Part shown: one piece after another, positions 15,781 to 28,508 of the stretch
Layout of the letters: the number at the start of each line of letters is the position of its first letter
Position numbering within the stretch: the first letter of the stretch is position 1
NCBI GenBank assembly: GCA_003971905.1
Contig: RSEE01000144.1
Coordinates: 62,001 to 126,000, forward strand
Direction of reading: 5' to 3'
Origin: Moniliella sp. 'wahieum'
Taxonomy: Eukaryota
DNA: 64,000 bases
Program-made: the position numbers and the translations under genes
The notes under the pieces: model-generated
Databases searched by the model: none
What the model saw: only the letters and a program-made list of their open reading frames with translations
Told to the model about the DNA's origin: nothing

Positions 15781-18153
15781 ATGCCATCGACATGCAATGG
15801 ACGGTGAGTACGCTCAGGGCCGCGCCTGACAGGCAGCCGACAGCTTGTCAACGCCAGAAGTCCCTCCTCCGTCCACCCCGCTGACTCACCTGTGCGTCAA
15901 TCTCACGCGTCAATAGCCAACCGCAGCGTCACGTGATGCCCCTCCCCCCTCGTCTCCGCTGCGGCACGCTTATATCCACGCCCACCATGTCGCTCGGCCG
16001 CCAGCGCCTCCAAGCGCTCATCCTCGAGGTCCTCGGCTCCCAGCCGTCCCTGCGCGACAGCAACCCTACCTCAATGCCTTCGGGCCGAGGCCAGCCGGCG
16101 CCGCGCCGCTCGGCCCCGTCCCCATGGGCGATGCGTCGGGCATCGGCGGCGCACAGGAACACGTTCGCTGGTCAAGATCCAAGGCCCCTTTACCACCCGC
16201 CAGCTCAGCAGCATTGCCGAGGGCATGGCCTACCTCAAGCGCCTCGGCCTCATCAGCATCATCGTCGTCGACAGCCAGGCCTGGGGGCATCCGCCCGTGC
16301 GCTTCCAGCAGGACGGCACCCCGCTCCTGTCCCCAGCCAGCATCGAGGACCACGAGTTCCGTGCCTGGCAGCGCGCTGCCGGCGGCGCCTCCAGCTCTTC
16401 CGCCCCCCTCCATGTGGCCATCCAAGAAACTTGCGTCGCCGCATGCTCGCCCAGACCTTCCGTGTGGCTCAGATGCTTTCCGAACAAGGCGCCCATGCCC
16501 GTCCCTTTCCCTATGCCATCCTGCGCGTCAACCCCCAGGCTGCGCAGGCCAAGGGCAGCCCTGGCAGACATTGCGCCCTGGGCACATGCCCTTCCTCCCG
16601 TGCCCTCCGTTTCACCGGACGAGGTGCACCCGTCGCCCTTGGTAGCCGACGATGGATTGCATTCCTTGCGCAATGCTTTGCTCAGTGACGCCATCCCCGT
16701 CTTGCCGCCCCTCGCGCTCTATTCGGATGCCAACGGTGGGCCCCAAACGGTCGCAGTCTCTGCCAATGACTTTTTGCCCAACTTGGCTCGCGAGATGAGT
16801 CTGGCCGGCTCACGCGCCGCCTCGACGGAGCAAGGCCAGGCAATCGGAACGGACGCAACGACGGGGTTGCTGGACGATGTGGACATGACACCGGTGCGTT
16901 TAATGATGATCAATCGTCAAGGTGGCATTCCTTCGCATGCGCGGTGGCTTCCCTCACCTATCCATCAACTTGGCCTCCGAGTACGATTCGATCCAGAGCA
17001 GCTTTGTCTGGCGCCAGTCCCATCCCACGTCGCTGGAAGAACTACGGCTGGCACGGGACTGTTTGGCAGTAATGCCGCCTTCGAGCAGCGCGATTGTAGT
17101 TTCCCACCGTTCGCCACGCAGCTTGATTGCCAACTTGATCACCAACAAAGCACCGCACTCTCCCTCGCTCCCGCACCGTCTCTTGGCCGCGCGTCAAGAT
17201 GTTGCCCATACACCGACGATCATTCGCCGCGGCCTGGCAATCCGCGTGATCCAAGAGTTTGATCAAGTCGACTGGGACCGGATGCAAACGCTGCTCGAGG
17301 CGTCCTTTGGTCGCACCTTGCTCCGCGACGCCTACCTCGCCCGGCTCCGCGACTGTCTCGATTTTGTCCTGGTCACAGGGGAGTATGAGGGAGGTGCGAT
17401 TGTGACGCGCGAATGGGCACCCGGGGAGAACAAGGCGGAAGCGAAGCCGATTGCCTACTTGGACAAGTTTGCCGTCCTGCCCCGTCTGCAGGGGAGTGGT
17501 GTGGTGGACTTTTTGTGGGGTGCGCTGCGGGACGAGGTGCATGGGGCCGGGCTGTTGGATGCGCTGAATCAAAACGGAGGCCTGAATGGGTTTGGAGTGG
17601 GACGGGACCTGGTATGGAAGTCGAGAGCCAACAACCCTGTGAATCGCTGGTACTATGAGCGCAGCAACGGCTTTATCAAGATTGACACGCGTCCTCCTGC
17701 ACTCAAGGCCGCATCGTCCACGCCCAAGTTGGACTGGGCCATGTTCTGGTGCGACTCGGAACAACGGTTGGCCGCCATGGGAGAAGAGATGCGCGCGCCT
17801 CTGCCACGGCGGTCGAGGCCATGCGAGATATGATGGATGCCGATGGGGTGACTGCGTTGGATCCCCCACTTGGTCGAGATGACGACTATCTGCCACCTTC
17901 GACATCATCGTTGGCCCACACTGCCGGCTCCACTCGGTTGGTCCACCGGCCCTCGCATGCGTATGCTCAGGACCGGGGTGAAGGCCCGGATCAGGATCAC
18001 CATGCCAATCCGGCCGGCGGGTTGGACCGTCTGACTCCTGTGGATCCCCTGGCTGCGCCTGCTCTTTTGCCTGTCGTCGCGCTCAGCGAACAAGGCCGTC
18101 TGGAACGCTGGGTGGCCGCCTTGTCCCAGATCCCATCGGCTTGGGCAGCTTGA
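15781..18153 (+). CDS. ARG2: Mitochondrial N-acetylglutamate synthase (amino-acid acetyltransferase)
   Basis: LILEVLGSQPSLRD, ALVKIQGPF, MAYLKRLGLISIIV, RLMMINRQGGIPS, INLASEY, LIANLITNK, YLDKFAV, WKSRANNPVNRWYYERSNG. Start is either 15936 or 15781 via in-frame intron 15804-15916. Confidence 0.9.
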
Positions 18154-18572
18154 TCGTCGAGCTCGCACATATCTACATTCTTTTTCACTTTATTGGGCCG
18201 TGTTCCTCCTAACCCATCCCCCCCTTCTTCCCTCCTTCCCTCCGTCACCCCTTTCGCTGGTCTTATTGCATACATCTGTCTTTCTCCTCCATGTCAAATG
18301 GAACCAACCCCACGAAACGATGCAATTTCCGTACTATACGCAAGGTCTATTCAGGGCTATCGACAAAATAGCGCCGATGGGAGAAAGGTCCATCCATCCA
18401 TCCACGTAGAAAAGGAAAAGGAAGAGCCCGATCCAACTGAACAAAGCACGAAGGGGAGCAATCGCAAAATGAGGGCAAGTACAGTGGGGAGCAAGTGCTC
18501 GATGAACGTGGATGAGGCGCACATCACGTCCGAGCCGAAAGCTAGACCATCAAGTTTCAGGCGCGGAGACGA

Positions 18573-21118
18573 TCACAGAAAGTTGAGGGCGGCCAAGAGC
18601 TTGTCAGCAGGGTCGTCATCCAACCGAGCCATCTCAATTTCCGAGATGAGCTTCTTGATTCCAATTTGTAGCGGCTTCTGGGTGCCCAGTCCAGCCTGGT
18701 TGAGGAGCGTCATGCACCGCGCCTGTTCCTCCTCCGTTTCAAACAGCGAGGTAGCACGCAGCACATGGTCCACCTCACGCAGCGACTCGATTGACGGGAC
18801 AGAGATGTCAGCGTAGAAGGACTGAGCAATCTCCATTTCCTCCAGCATGGGCTTGTTGCTAGAGGTGACAAGGACCAACAGGCGCTTGTCCTTGGGCGGA
18901 CGGGTCAACAGGACCGACAATGCCTGCAGCACCGTATTTTGGAAACGAGGGCCAATGGGAACCCATTCAATCAGCTTCTCAACCCATCCACCACAATCAC
19001 CGACAAGGGCGATTTGTAGGCATCGTTGAATACCTTATTGATGTGCTGCACCTTGGCCGGCTCGTTCATGCCAACCATGTGTTCCGGGAGATGATCTGGA
19101 TAAAGGGGAAATCACTTTGCAGCGCAATCGTTGCCGCCAGCGCGGTCTTACCGCTACCGACAGGGCCGTGGAGTAAGGCGGTGACCAAGGGAGTACGCGA
19201 ACTCTGCCGCACTTGTGCCACACGTAGCGCACCATCCCGCAAAATGGCGTCCACGTGGGGAGCAAACTTCATGATGCCGTTGGCCACGACCGCCTGCAAG
19301 TCATCCTCCGACACACCAAACGCAGGATGCACTTCATCGAGTGCATGGAAAAAGTCGTCACGGTTCACCCGCATGTTCTCTACATCGTCCGAGATCCCCG
19401 CCGTGGTGCCGACCTTGACATGGCGATTGAACGCAAACGAAGTAGCGCTCTTGACCAACCCAGCAATTTCGGCACCAGAGAAATTCTTGGTGAGTGCTGC
19501 CAGTTCGCCTAGATCCACATCGTCGTCCATCACGCCTTTTAGTCATCTGGGCGGTTTGGATGTTGAGAATTTGAACGCGTCCGTGTTCGTCGGGCAGACT
19601 GATCTCCACCGGCACCTCCAGACGACCGGGACGCAGAAGAGCTTCATCAATCATGTCCAGACGGTTGGTCATACCAATGATGAGAATGTTGTTGAGTTGA
19701 TTCACACCGTCCATCTTGGACAGCAGCTGGTTCACCACCGAGTCACCCACGCCAGTTCCACCACCCGTCGTACCACGCTGCTTGCAAACCGCATCCAGTT
19801 CATCAAAGATGATGATGTGCAGCCCCGAGTCATCTCCCTTTTCCTTGTACTCCTTTTCAGCGTCGGCAAAGAGCTTGCGAATGTTCTCTTCACTTGCACC
19901 CACGTACTTGTTGAGGATTTCGGGCCGTTAACGATTTTCGGCTCCCGTGCGTTGAGCATTTTGCCAATCTGACGCGCAAGCAACGTCTTGCCAGTACCCG
20001 GGGGACCGTACAGGATAATACCCTTGACATGTTGGATGCCCAGCTTCTCAACCAGAGCAGGCGGGAAGATACGCGAGGCGAATGCGCGACGGAAGATTTG
20101 AGAAAACTCCTCATCCAGACCACCGACGCCCATGTCCTCAAATTTAAAGTTGGGCTGCAAAATGGCATTGGGGGGCGCACGCTTGGAGTTGCCACGCAGC
20201 TTCAGAGGGCTGTTCTGGGCCTTGGAGTAGGAAAGCGACGTTTCTGACACCAAGATACCGCGGAACGAATTGGGCGAAGCAGCGGTGGCTGCTGCAGAAG
20301 GCTTCTCCAGCATCGCCGCATCCACCACATGGACAGCTTTGACCACGAGCAACAACTGCTGGCCATGGAACTCTTGCACCAGCTCCTGGCCAACAGAGAA
20401 GACGTGACCGTTAAACAGACGCAAAAAATTGCTTGCCAACTCGTCAGTGCTGTATGGTTCAACGTTCTCGACCCCGCGGGCAAGGAAACTGGCTTCAAAG
20501 TCAATTCCACCAAGGTAAATTTGACCGCCGTCAGAACGAGGGTCATACGGCGTGACCGAAACGGCTTGGCCAATGCTTAGACGAGCCCAGCGACGCTGAA
20601 GCATGGCCACACCGATCGTACCTGGTGCAACTGTGCCGGTGCGGTCCATACTGCAGGTGCAAGCGAGGAGGTCAGTGTGGTCTGGCGCAAAAGGGCGGGG
20701 AGGGGGGGGAGAGTACGTACACAGCGGTGAAGGCGAAGTTGCGGTCGAGGACAACATATTTCGTGTCGTGCCACTCGTTGGGGTTAAGGACAATGCAGTT
20801 GGACAGGGTGTAGTCCTTGGGCGAAGTAGAGACGGTGTAACCGCCAACGCTAGAAGAGGGGTAGGAGCTCTTTTCACGGGGTAGTCCTGATACGGCGCAG
20901 GAGCAGGTGCTCCCCGTGGAGGAAGAGACGGAGCAGAAGGCGCATAACCTGACGCGGCGTGCCCAGTAGGAGCGTACCCGGCACCGCGGGGAGGCGGTGC
21001 GGGGGCGCGGCCGGCTACGCCATATGCGGACCGGTCGCTGGTGGGGGGGGCACGGGGGCGGCAGAGCGCCCGCCATATGCGGACGGTCGCCGCCACTCCC
21101 ACGAAGGAATCCAGCCAT
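18573..21118 (-). CDS. SEC18: Vesicle-fusing AAA ATPase NSF/Sec18
   Basis: [61 protein letters not shown], and D2 Walker A GPVGSGKT. Intron 20651-20720. Confidence 0.96.
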
Positions 21119-22498
21119 GATGTGAGAAGAAGGGAAAGGAGGACGGAGGAAGCGGTTGGTGGCGGGCGGGGGCGGTAGTAGTGGTGGTGGCGGGGGTGGC
21201 GGGGGTGGATGCCAGTCAGCCAATGGCCGTCGTGCCGTTGCACGTAATGCCACCAGCAAAGCGAGGGGCGTGGCGCATGCGTATTACGTCACCACCAGCT
21301 GAGCAGCTGCTGGTTATTAAACTTTCACCCACAGCGGAGGCAGTCGACGGGCGGGATTACGTGGTTACGCGATTGCGTTTCCCGTGCAAGCGTTGCGTCG
21401 CAGTCGCATTCACGATCGGTGATCGACACACCCCGCATCGTTTCCTCGATGCAATTTCTGCCCCAAAACGCCTCCAACTCTGTGCGGCAATGGAGCTCGG
21501 ATAGAGGGAGGGGAGCAGCCATTGCGAACGCCCGCACCCGCAAACACGCCGCGAAAGCCGCTGTGGCAGTGTTGAACGTGCCGAGTACTACGTTCTCGAC
21601 GCTTGGAGCTTTGGAAGAGAGCGTTGATGGCAGCGTTTATAGCGGACTTCTACACCTGCCTCACCACTGCTGTGAGCGCTCAGGGAGAGCGAGCAGCCTC
21701 GCGTCTCACGATTCAGTGGTAGACTGCGCCGCGTCTCTTGCTCTCATGTACATCGCTTTGCTCGCAGCCTCATCGATCATCCCTAATCGGCCTCATCGGC
21801 GCGTCATTCTGCATCATCGATCATCCCTCGCTCCTCCGTACTCACACTCGCTCCCGCAGTCTATATAAGGTCTCAATAGCAGAGACCGATGACAGAGACA
21901 CCCGGAGAGACGGGGGTGGGTATGTAGAGTGCATACCAGAAGCTGCCTCAGGCCTCAGGCCTCGAGCTTCAAGGCCTCAGGACCTCAAAGTAAGGCGAGA
22001 AGAGCGTCTTGACGCACAATACCCCCGGGGGGTTGGAGCCTGTGGGAGGTCGTGTTGTTTTGGAGAGAGGCTTGAGCTGGCATGCACAGGCTTGAATTTT
22101 GATCCGGGCGTGTGTGGCTGGGTACGGTAACCGATGGCAGTGATAGCCGTGAAGGGTGCCAGGGATGTCCGATGTACCCTTGCACACCTGAGCACAACCC
22201 CACCCACACACTGTACCTCAGTCTGTGGAATCCAACTCCAGAAGCGGTGTATATCAATATGCCGCTCCTCAACTGCATTCTAGTGTGCCCTTCTCTTCAT
22301 TCCCCCGTACTTTCACCCACTCATCGTCGTTTCCCATAGCATTCCCACTGTCACCACATGTCTCCTTCCAACGCCGCGGCGGACTTGATACACCAACACC
22401 GGATCCTCTTCTCGCCAGAGATCCTTCCATCCACTCTCTCCCGTCCGTCCCCCCGGCTCACCTTCAATCCAGGACGAGACGGAGCCAGCTCAGAAAGA

Positions 22499-24086
22499 AT
22501 GCCTTCCAAGAAGAATCCCACCATCCTCCACCCCGGTCTGTCCGATATTGAGCATGAGCCAAATGACCCTGTATTCTGTTATTCCCTCCGTGCCCAAGCG
22601 AGGCAGCGCCGGCATCACTGCCGCACCCGCCTTAGACGGTTCCTCCGCTTCGCTTTCCTCGCGGCCCTGGCCTTTGTCCTTCTGCGTACTGGGTATCGCT
22701 TCCTCTTGCCACCGCTTGGCCTGCCCGAATGCGCTGCCTGGTCTTACTTCCCACATCCTTCTCAGCGCCTCCTCGCTCCTGCAAGCCAAACGCCCGACTA
22801 CCACGATTCTTTTAGCTCTATCAATGTGAGCATGACCGACCAAACCTGCAATGCCCTCTTCCCTCGTCTGGGCGAAGAGCTGGATAGGAGTGTTCTCTAT
22901 TACCGCAAACAGCGTCAACTGTATGTCCTTTCTCCTTCCCTCTCTCTGTGTGCGTGCCCGCGTAAGCTATACTAACCCGTCAGCATCACCTTGGTGCCTA
23001 CGGTGGCCCAATAGCATCACCTCCACCTACCTTGACCAGGTCTGCAACAACACAGACTGGCGCCGACGCGCGCACATCCGTGCGCTAGTGTACCGCGGGC
23101 AGCTCTTTGTCCGCTCGTACATTGACCCTGGCTTTACAAGGGGACCCGCGACCCTCGCGCTGCTCCACCAGGCCATCACTGCAAGTCCCGAACCGGTGCC
23201 TGACATTGAGCTGTGCTTTGGACTAGAGGACCGACCAGCACGCGGCACGTTTGGACTGGACCGTCCCGCTACACCAAGGTGGTGGTGGAGTGCAGACAGA
23301 GCGGCGTCGGTGGGGGAAGTCTGGTTGCAACCCGACTTTGGCTTTCTGACCTGGCCCGAACATGTTGGTTCCTACACTGCGCTACGGTCCAAGATTGACG
23401 CAATTGAAGCCGAGACGCCATGGAGTAACAAGACGGCTAGCCTGCTGTGGCGCGGGAGCACCAAAGTCGGTGTACCGGAACGGAGATCGTTGTTAGCAGT
23501 GACGCATGCGTACCTCTCCACCTGGTCCGACGTGCGTGCGATCGATTGGGACACGGGTGCCAACGTGATACGGATGGAAGACCACTGCCGTTGGCGGTAC
23601 CTCGTCGCACCCGAAGGCACAACCTATACGGGTCGTCTGCGCAACCTGGCCAACTGCCGCGCAGTCGTGGTAATGCACCCGCCCAACTGGGTCACTTTTT
23701 GGATGCACCTGCTCAACCCCAATCCCAACTCGGCCGGGCAAAACGTAGTCTACGTACCCCGTCTTCCTTGGTGGCGTGCTAGTTTATCTACCATCCTCTC
23801 TCGTACACTGGCCTGGGCCCGGCTGCCTGAAGTAATGGAGCACCTGTTAGAGCACGAGGAGCAGTCGCACCAGATTGCGCAAAATCAGTGGGACCTGTTA
23901 CGAAACCGCTACCTGACCCCCGCAGCGGTGGCATGCTACTGGCGTCGCGCGACCAGAGCCTACGCTAGCGTTCAAGACATTTCCGTTGGATTGCGAAGTT
24001 CGGATGTGCTGTTTACTGACTGGCTCCGCACCCTCTCTCCCCGCACCCAACGAGCACTCCAAGAAGCGATGACTCTGGCCGACTGA
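22499..24086 (+). CDS. Glycosyltransferase family 90 (KDELC/POGLUT/Cap10-related), type II membrane protein
   Basis: N-terminal TM segment, CNALFPRL.EEL, PVPDIELCF, PDFGFLTWPE, W..K...LLWRG, MEDHCRWRYL...EG.TYTGRL, YLTPAAVACYWR. Intron 22921-23014 gives an intact frame. Confidence 0.85.
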
Positions 24087-24182
24087 TATAGCCGGAACAG
24101 CTGCCTCCCGGCATTCTTCCTTATGTTTCCACTACATGGACAAACGTATTGTATCTACACGACCAATCGATGTTGAAACAAA

Positions 24183-25360
24183 CTAGTCATATATAAGCCA
24201 TAGATCGAAAAGCAGAGATGAACCTTTAATCCCGTACGGGGAGGGCGTCAGAAGCAGCCGAAGGCGGGGTAAACGCTGGAGCCGGTGGGGGTGGTGGGGG
24301 AGATGTGACACCCCTGCTTGCACCTTGGAAGCTGATGGCGGCAGATTGGAAGCTTCAGATTCGACCGGTACACTGGGAGGTGCCCCCGCCACAGCAGATG
24401 CAGACGTAGGAGCCGAAATAGGGGGCACAAGCAAGCGTGTCTTGAGGTGTGGTAGGCGTAAGCACCTCCATCTGACCCGCTCCACCGATGGTAGGAGGTG
24501 CTGAGGTGGAGGCATTCATCGAGCCCCCCTCAGTGCCAGCAGGGGTGTAGGTAACAGGTCGAGTATGAAAGTCGCCCGTTTCATTCGCCTTCATCGCCAG
24601 TAGCTCTTGTTCAGCAAGAAGCGCAAGTGCCGCCCCAGGGGTGGGCGGGTAAGTGCCATAATACGCGGTCCGTGGCCGGCCTGGCCGTTTCCGGCCATTC
24701 TCCCCCGTTGGGGGGGCGGGGCAAAGTCCGGGCCTGGGGCAACGATGGGTTGGGGGTGAGAATTGCTGGCCGAGAGGTGACGGTGAAGATCATCCTTATT
24801 GAGAAAATGTTTGGGGCACCCAGGTTGTGGACAGCCAAATCGCCGCGCACCAAACTCGTCTCCTTCTTCCCCGGCTTCCGATCCTTCACGCTCCTGCTCC
24901 TGTCCCATCTCCTCCGCTTCCCTCGGATGTGGAGATCCTCGCAGCGAGGTGGGCGCCGACATACCCTCAGGAATGGGGATGCAGGTGGGGAGGCAGAAGG
25001 CGCGCGCGAGTGTGGGACAGAGAAGGACACGGGGTATGGAGGGTCGCGTGGGAAGGCAGCTGCGGGTTTGCGTCCGCGCCGGCGACCAAGGCTGCCATTT
25101 TCATGGATGCGAGCGTGGCGGACAAGCTCATCGCGGCGGCTGAAGCGCTTGCCGCACCCGAGGAACTCGCACATCCATGGTTTTTCGCCCGTGTGGGTTA
25201 AGATGTGACGACGTTGGTGTTCGTAGCGGTAAAAGGCGCGGGGACAGAGAGGGCATTTGTACGGCCGCTCAGGGGGTTTCTTGGCGGCTTCAAGCGCGGC
25301 AGCAGCAGCAGCGAGGTGGGTGAAGCCGTCGGAACCGTCGCCGCGGACGTTTCCGGACAT
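24183..25360 (-). CDS. CreA/Mig1-like C2H2 transcription factor with an extra downstream finger (3' end uncertain)
   Basis: [55 protein letters not shown] closely parallels the CreA fingers. Later [21 protein letters not shown]. Frameshifts. Confidence 0.75.
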
Positions 25361-25942
25361 AGCGGTGGAGGGGGGCAGGTGGTAGCCTGTGGGAGCAGCG
25401 GCCAGGGCCCAGCCAGCCCCACCTGACAAAAAAATTCCCCGCACTCGGACGGAGCGGAATCAGTAATCAGCGTGTTTCTGCGGCAGCCTCCTCGCCCAGC
25501 TGGACGAGGAATAACGGACAGCACTTATAACCCGCCCCGATGGCACAGCGCCAGTCTAGCCCAAGTGCCCAAGCGTCCGTGTCACATGTCCGGCGGGGGA
25601 GGTCGGACCATGCCATGATGTACGTAAGCGCCACTCAATTCCGCGGGGCCCCACTGGGTTCATTAAAAAAAGGGCTACTAATAACCGATCAAATCAATGC
25701 GCTTATTCTTCCAGCAGCCGACAGACATACTTGCAGTGGCGTGGAATAGGACAAGCATCCCTTGCCTCGCAGATCGCAATCTAGGCTGCGTCGCTTATCG
25801 GGAAAACACGTCTACATCGCCACCACCGCCACTAGCGTGTCTGCCTCTGCCTCTGCCGTCACCAACCCGCCACGGCCCACGCGCATATATCCACACCTTT
25901 CTGTCTCTCCAACACTACGCATCACTCCCTTCCCTTGATATT

Positions 25943-27839
25943 ATGGCCGCAGCCGCGCATGCCCAAGGACCAGATCCCATCGGCACCACCGTTACGCTCC
26001 GTCTGCACTGCAACAATCTACGCTGTCGTGTCGTCTTGCCAGATCATGGTACGCTCTTCCTTTCCACACTACTCTTCACATGCCGTGGTATCCTCAGCTA
26101 CACAGCGAACATTCGTCCGTTTTTTTGGCTTTCTGACTGGAACTTTCCCGTATCAAAACAGAGCAGGCGGTGGTGACTGTATGCTCACGTATGTCCTGTG
26201 CTCCCGACTCTTTTCCATGATCAAAAACGATGACAAACACGCATATTTTCTCACACTAACCCCTCTCCCCTACTTCTTTTTATGCTATTCTTTTTTGCTG
26301 ATGGTGTGGGTGATGGTTCTTCCATACCAACACAGACATATTCTGTGGTAAGTTTTCCGTTTTCCTCATTTTGTAGTGTGATGAGGGTGTTGGGGTTGGA
26401 GTTTTCGCACGCTCACGCCATCAACAGTGTCGTGTGCCGGTCACTTGCTTGGTCTTACGAGGGGGCGCACTTGTCCAGCGTGCGACAGCCCATTGGAAGA
26501 CAAGATGGACATGGCCTTGGCCACCCTCGATCCAAGCGAGCGGTTCAAACAAGTACGTTTCCCACCCTACCCCTTATGAATGCACGGTGTCTAACAACCT
26601 TCTCTCCCACCCCCCTTCAGTCTGTTCTAGCTGGGCTTAACCCCCAAGTAGCGCTGGAGATCGCAGCGCGGAGTGTTGCCTTTTGGCTGTACCAGTCTTC
26701 CCAAGAGGTGCGTTGAGAACATTGGATATATCTCCAGCTCTGTGTTCACTTCTGACGTTATTTCGCGGTTGGTGGAATAGATGTCTTTACAGCACATGCT
26801 GTTGAAGCATGCTAGGGACCGGACCCAGGTATGGAAGGACCGGTACGAAAACGAGATTTCCCAAGGTCCGCATCTCTCCCGATTCCATTCATCAACTGCT
26901 CTATAGGCCTCACACTAACACTTTCCCATATTTAGCCCACGCACTAGCAGCCCAACACGAAGCTACCGCTGAGCAGTATAAGCGCAAACTCGACCAGGCA
27001 AACCAGACCATTACCACGCTTCAAGTATGTTCCCTTAATGACACTCTCGGCAAAGGTTTTTTTGAGACTAAAAATTAATGTGCCACCAGCTCATGCAAGC
27101 CGACCGCCATTCAACGAAAATACCATCGCCACAGGATGCAAGGTCCAAAGGCCTTGGCCCAGTCGGAGCCCTTACCGGATCTGGGGGGAGCACCATGGCA
27201 GGGGATACGTTTGCCTCATTGTACAAACCTGGTCCAGGCATATCCGTACAGAGGAGAGCTCTGTCTTTGGCGCCTGAAACGATCGGGGGAAGAGGGAAGG
27301 AGAAGCGTTCCCTCCAACCTCCCCACACTCTTCGCCAATGGCTTCCTCCGACCGTCGATAGAAGCGCATCCAACCCGTTTGCGCCCAACTCTCGGAATAG
27401 CTCTTCGTCCAAGTTGCGCGTCCCAATGACTGAGGTCAAATCGCACCAACCTGCGCGAAGGCTTTCAAGTGTTGGTCAAGGAAGGGGCACTACATCTTCT
27501 TCCTTTCGTGCGTTCCCCACCAATGCCCCACGGGGAGCGCACACAAGCTACGTGTCACGATCCAGTCGCCGGGTCGATAGCAACAAAGTCGTTGAGTCCC
27601 CAAGGGCGACCCTCCCTCATCTACTTACTGGCTTGGGCGAAACATCAGGAGGAATGCGTCGGGCAGCGATGTCGCCTACAGAGGAAGCACTCCGTCGTCG
27701 AAGGCAGCGGAGCAAGTCCTCCCGTCTCTCTTTTGCGGGTACAAACACTACTGATTCTCGCGTTGGCGTCAACGGAAACCGTCCACCGCCCAAGGGAGGA
27801 GGTATGAACCTATCCCAGTTCTATGGGTTGGGACCATAA
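25943..27839 (+). CDS. HEI10: Meiotic crossover RING E3 ligase Hei10/CCNB1IP1, 8 exons
   Basis: Exons 25943-26048, 26162-26188, 26336-26347, 26428-26552, 26621-26707, 26781-26865, 26936-27024 and 27090-27839 splice in frame to LHCNNLRCR...AVVTVCSHIFCVSCA...CPACDS...FKQSVLAGLNPQVALEIAARSVAFWLYQ, followed by a coiled coil. Confidence 0.92.
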
Positions 27840-28508
27840 CCATTAGGATTAGTATAAAAGTGTTCAACAAATTCCTCGTCTCCTGCATCCACACCTTTTT
27901 TTCCTCGATTATAGGGTGTGACGGACGGTCGATCGACAATACCATAAGATACAGGCCTCAACCTCAGCATGGCGACCCGATCCACATGTTCATAGAGTAG
28001 CTGAATCTGGAATGTGGTTCCTGCCTTGGGCCTAACGGGGCCGGACAGGCCGTTATCCTAAAAGAAATACTATATACGGCCCGCCAGGGGGGGCCTGGTC
28101 CTGATAACATGAGGGAACGGAGAGGCGCCACTTAGCTCATTGCGTGCAAATGAAGAACTACGTATCGGCGGGTGACTTGTGGGAGAAGGCGGGCGGAGAC
28201 ATGCAGTGCTGAGGGTGGTGGTGTCGCAGAGGGGGCGACAACCCATGGGGATGTGACTGGTTGTTCGCTGGGCATGTGGCTGGCCGACGCGGGGCGGAAC
28301 TGGGATTCCGCGGATGGGACAGCATGCGTGCATCACGTCTGCACAGGCACATGGCAAACCAACAGAAAATACTTCAGCTTCCGCCGGCGTGGCGCTCTGC
28401 TTTAGAACGGGCTGTACCGCACTGCACTACGCCAACCACGCCGGCATTCTGCCCACCTGGCTGGCATCTCCATCCGCCGCGGCGTCCATCCCTCGCCCGC
28501 CGCCCGCC

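Noticed and set aside
15781..15806. MPSTCNGR as an arginine attenuator peptide
   Set aside because: Only NGR resembles it. The conserved DYL..HLW core is absent, and that peptide belongs to CPA1/arg-2 carbamoyl-phosphate synthetase, not NAGS.
21018..21092. Approximately 20-bp duplication CGCCATATGCGGAC(C)GGTCGC
   Set aside because: This is an internal repeat in the low-complexity Sec18 N-terminal extension, with no array or spacer structure.
21860..22130. TATA-like site, short ORF and GCCTCAG repeats between SEC18 and GT90
   Set aside because: No consistent splice model, recognisable peptide or ncRNA fold could be built.
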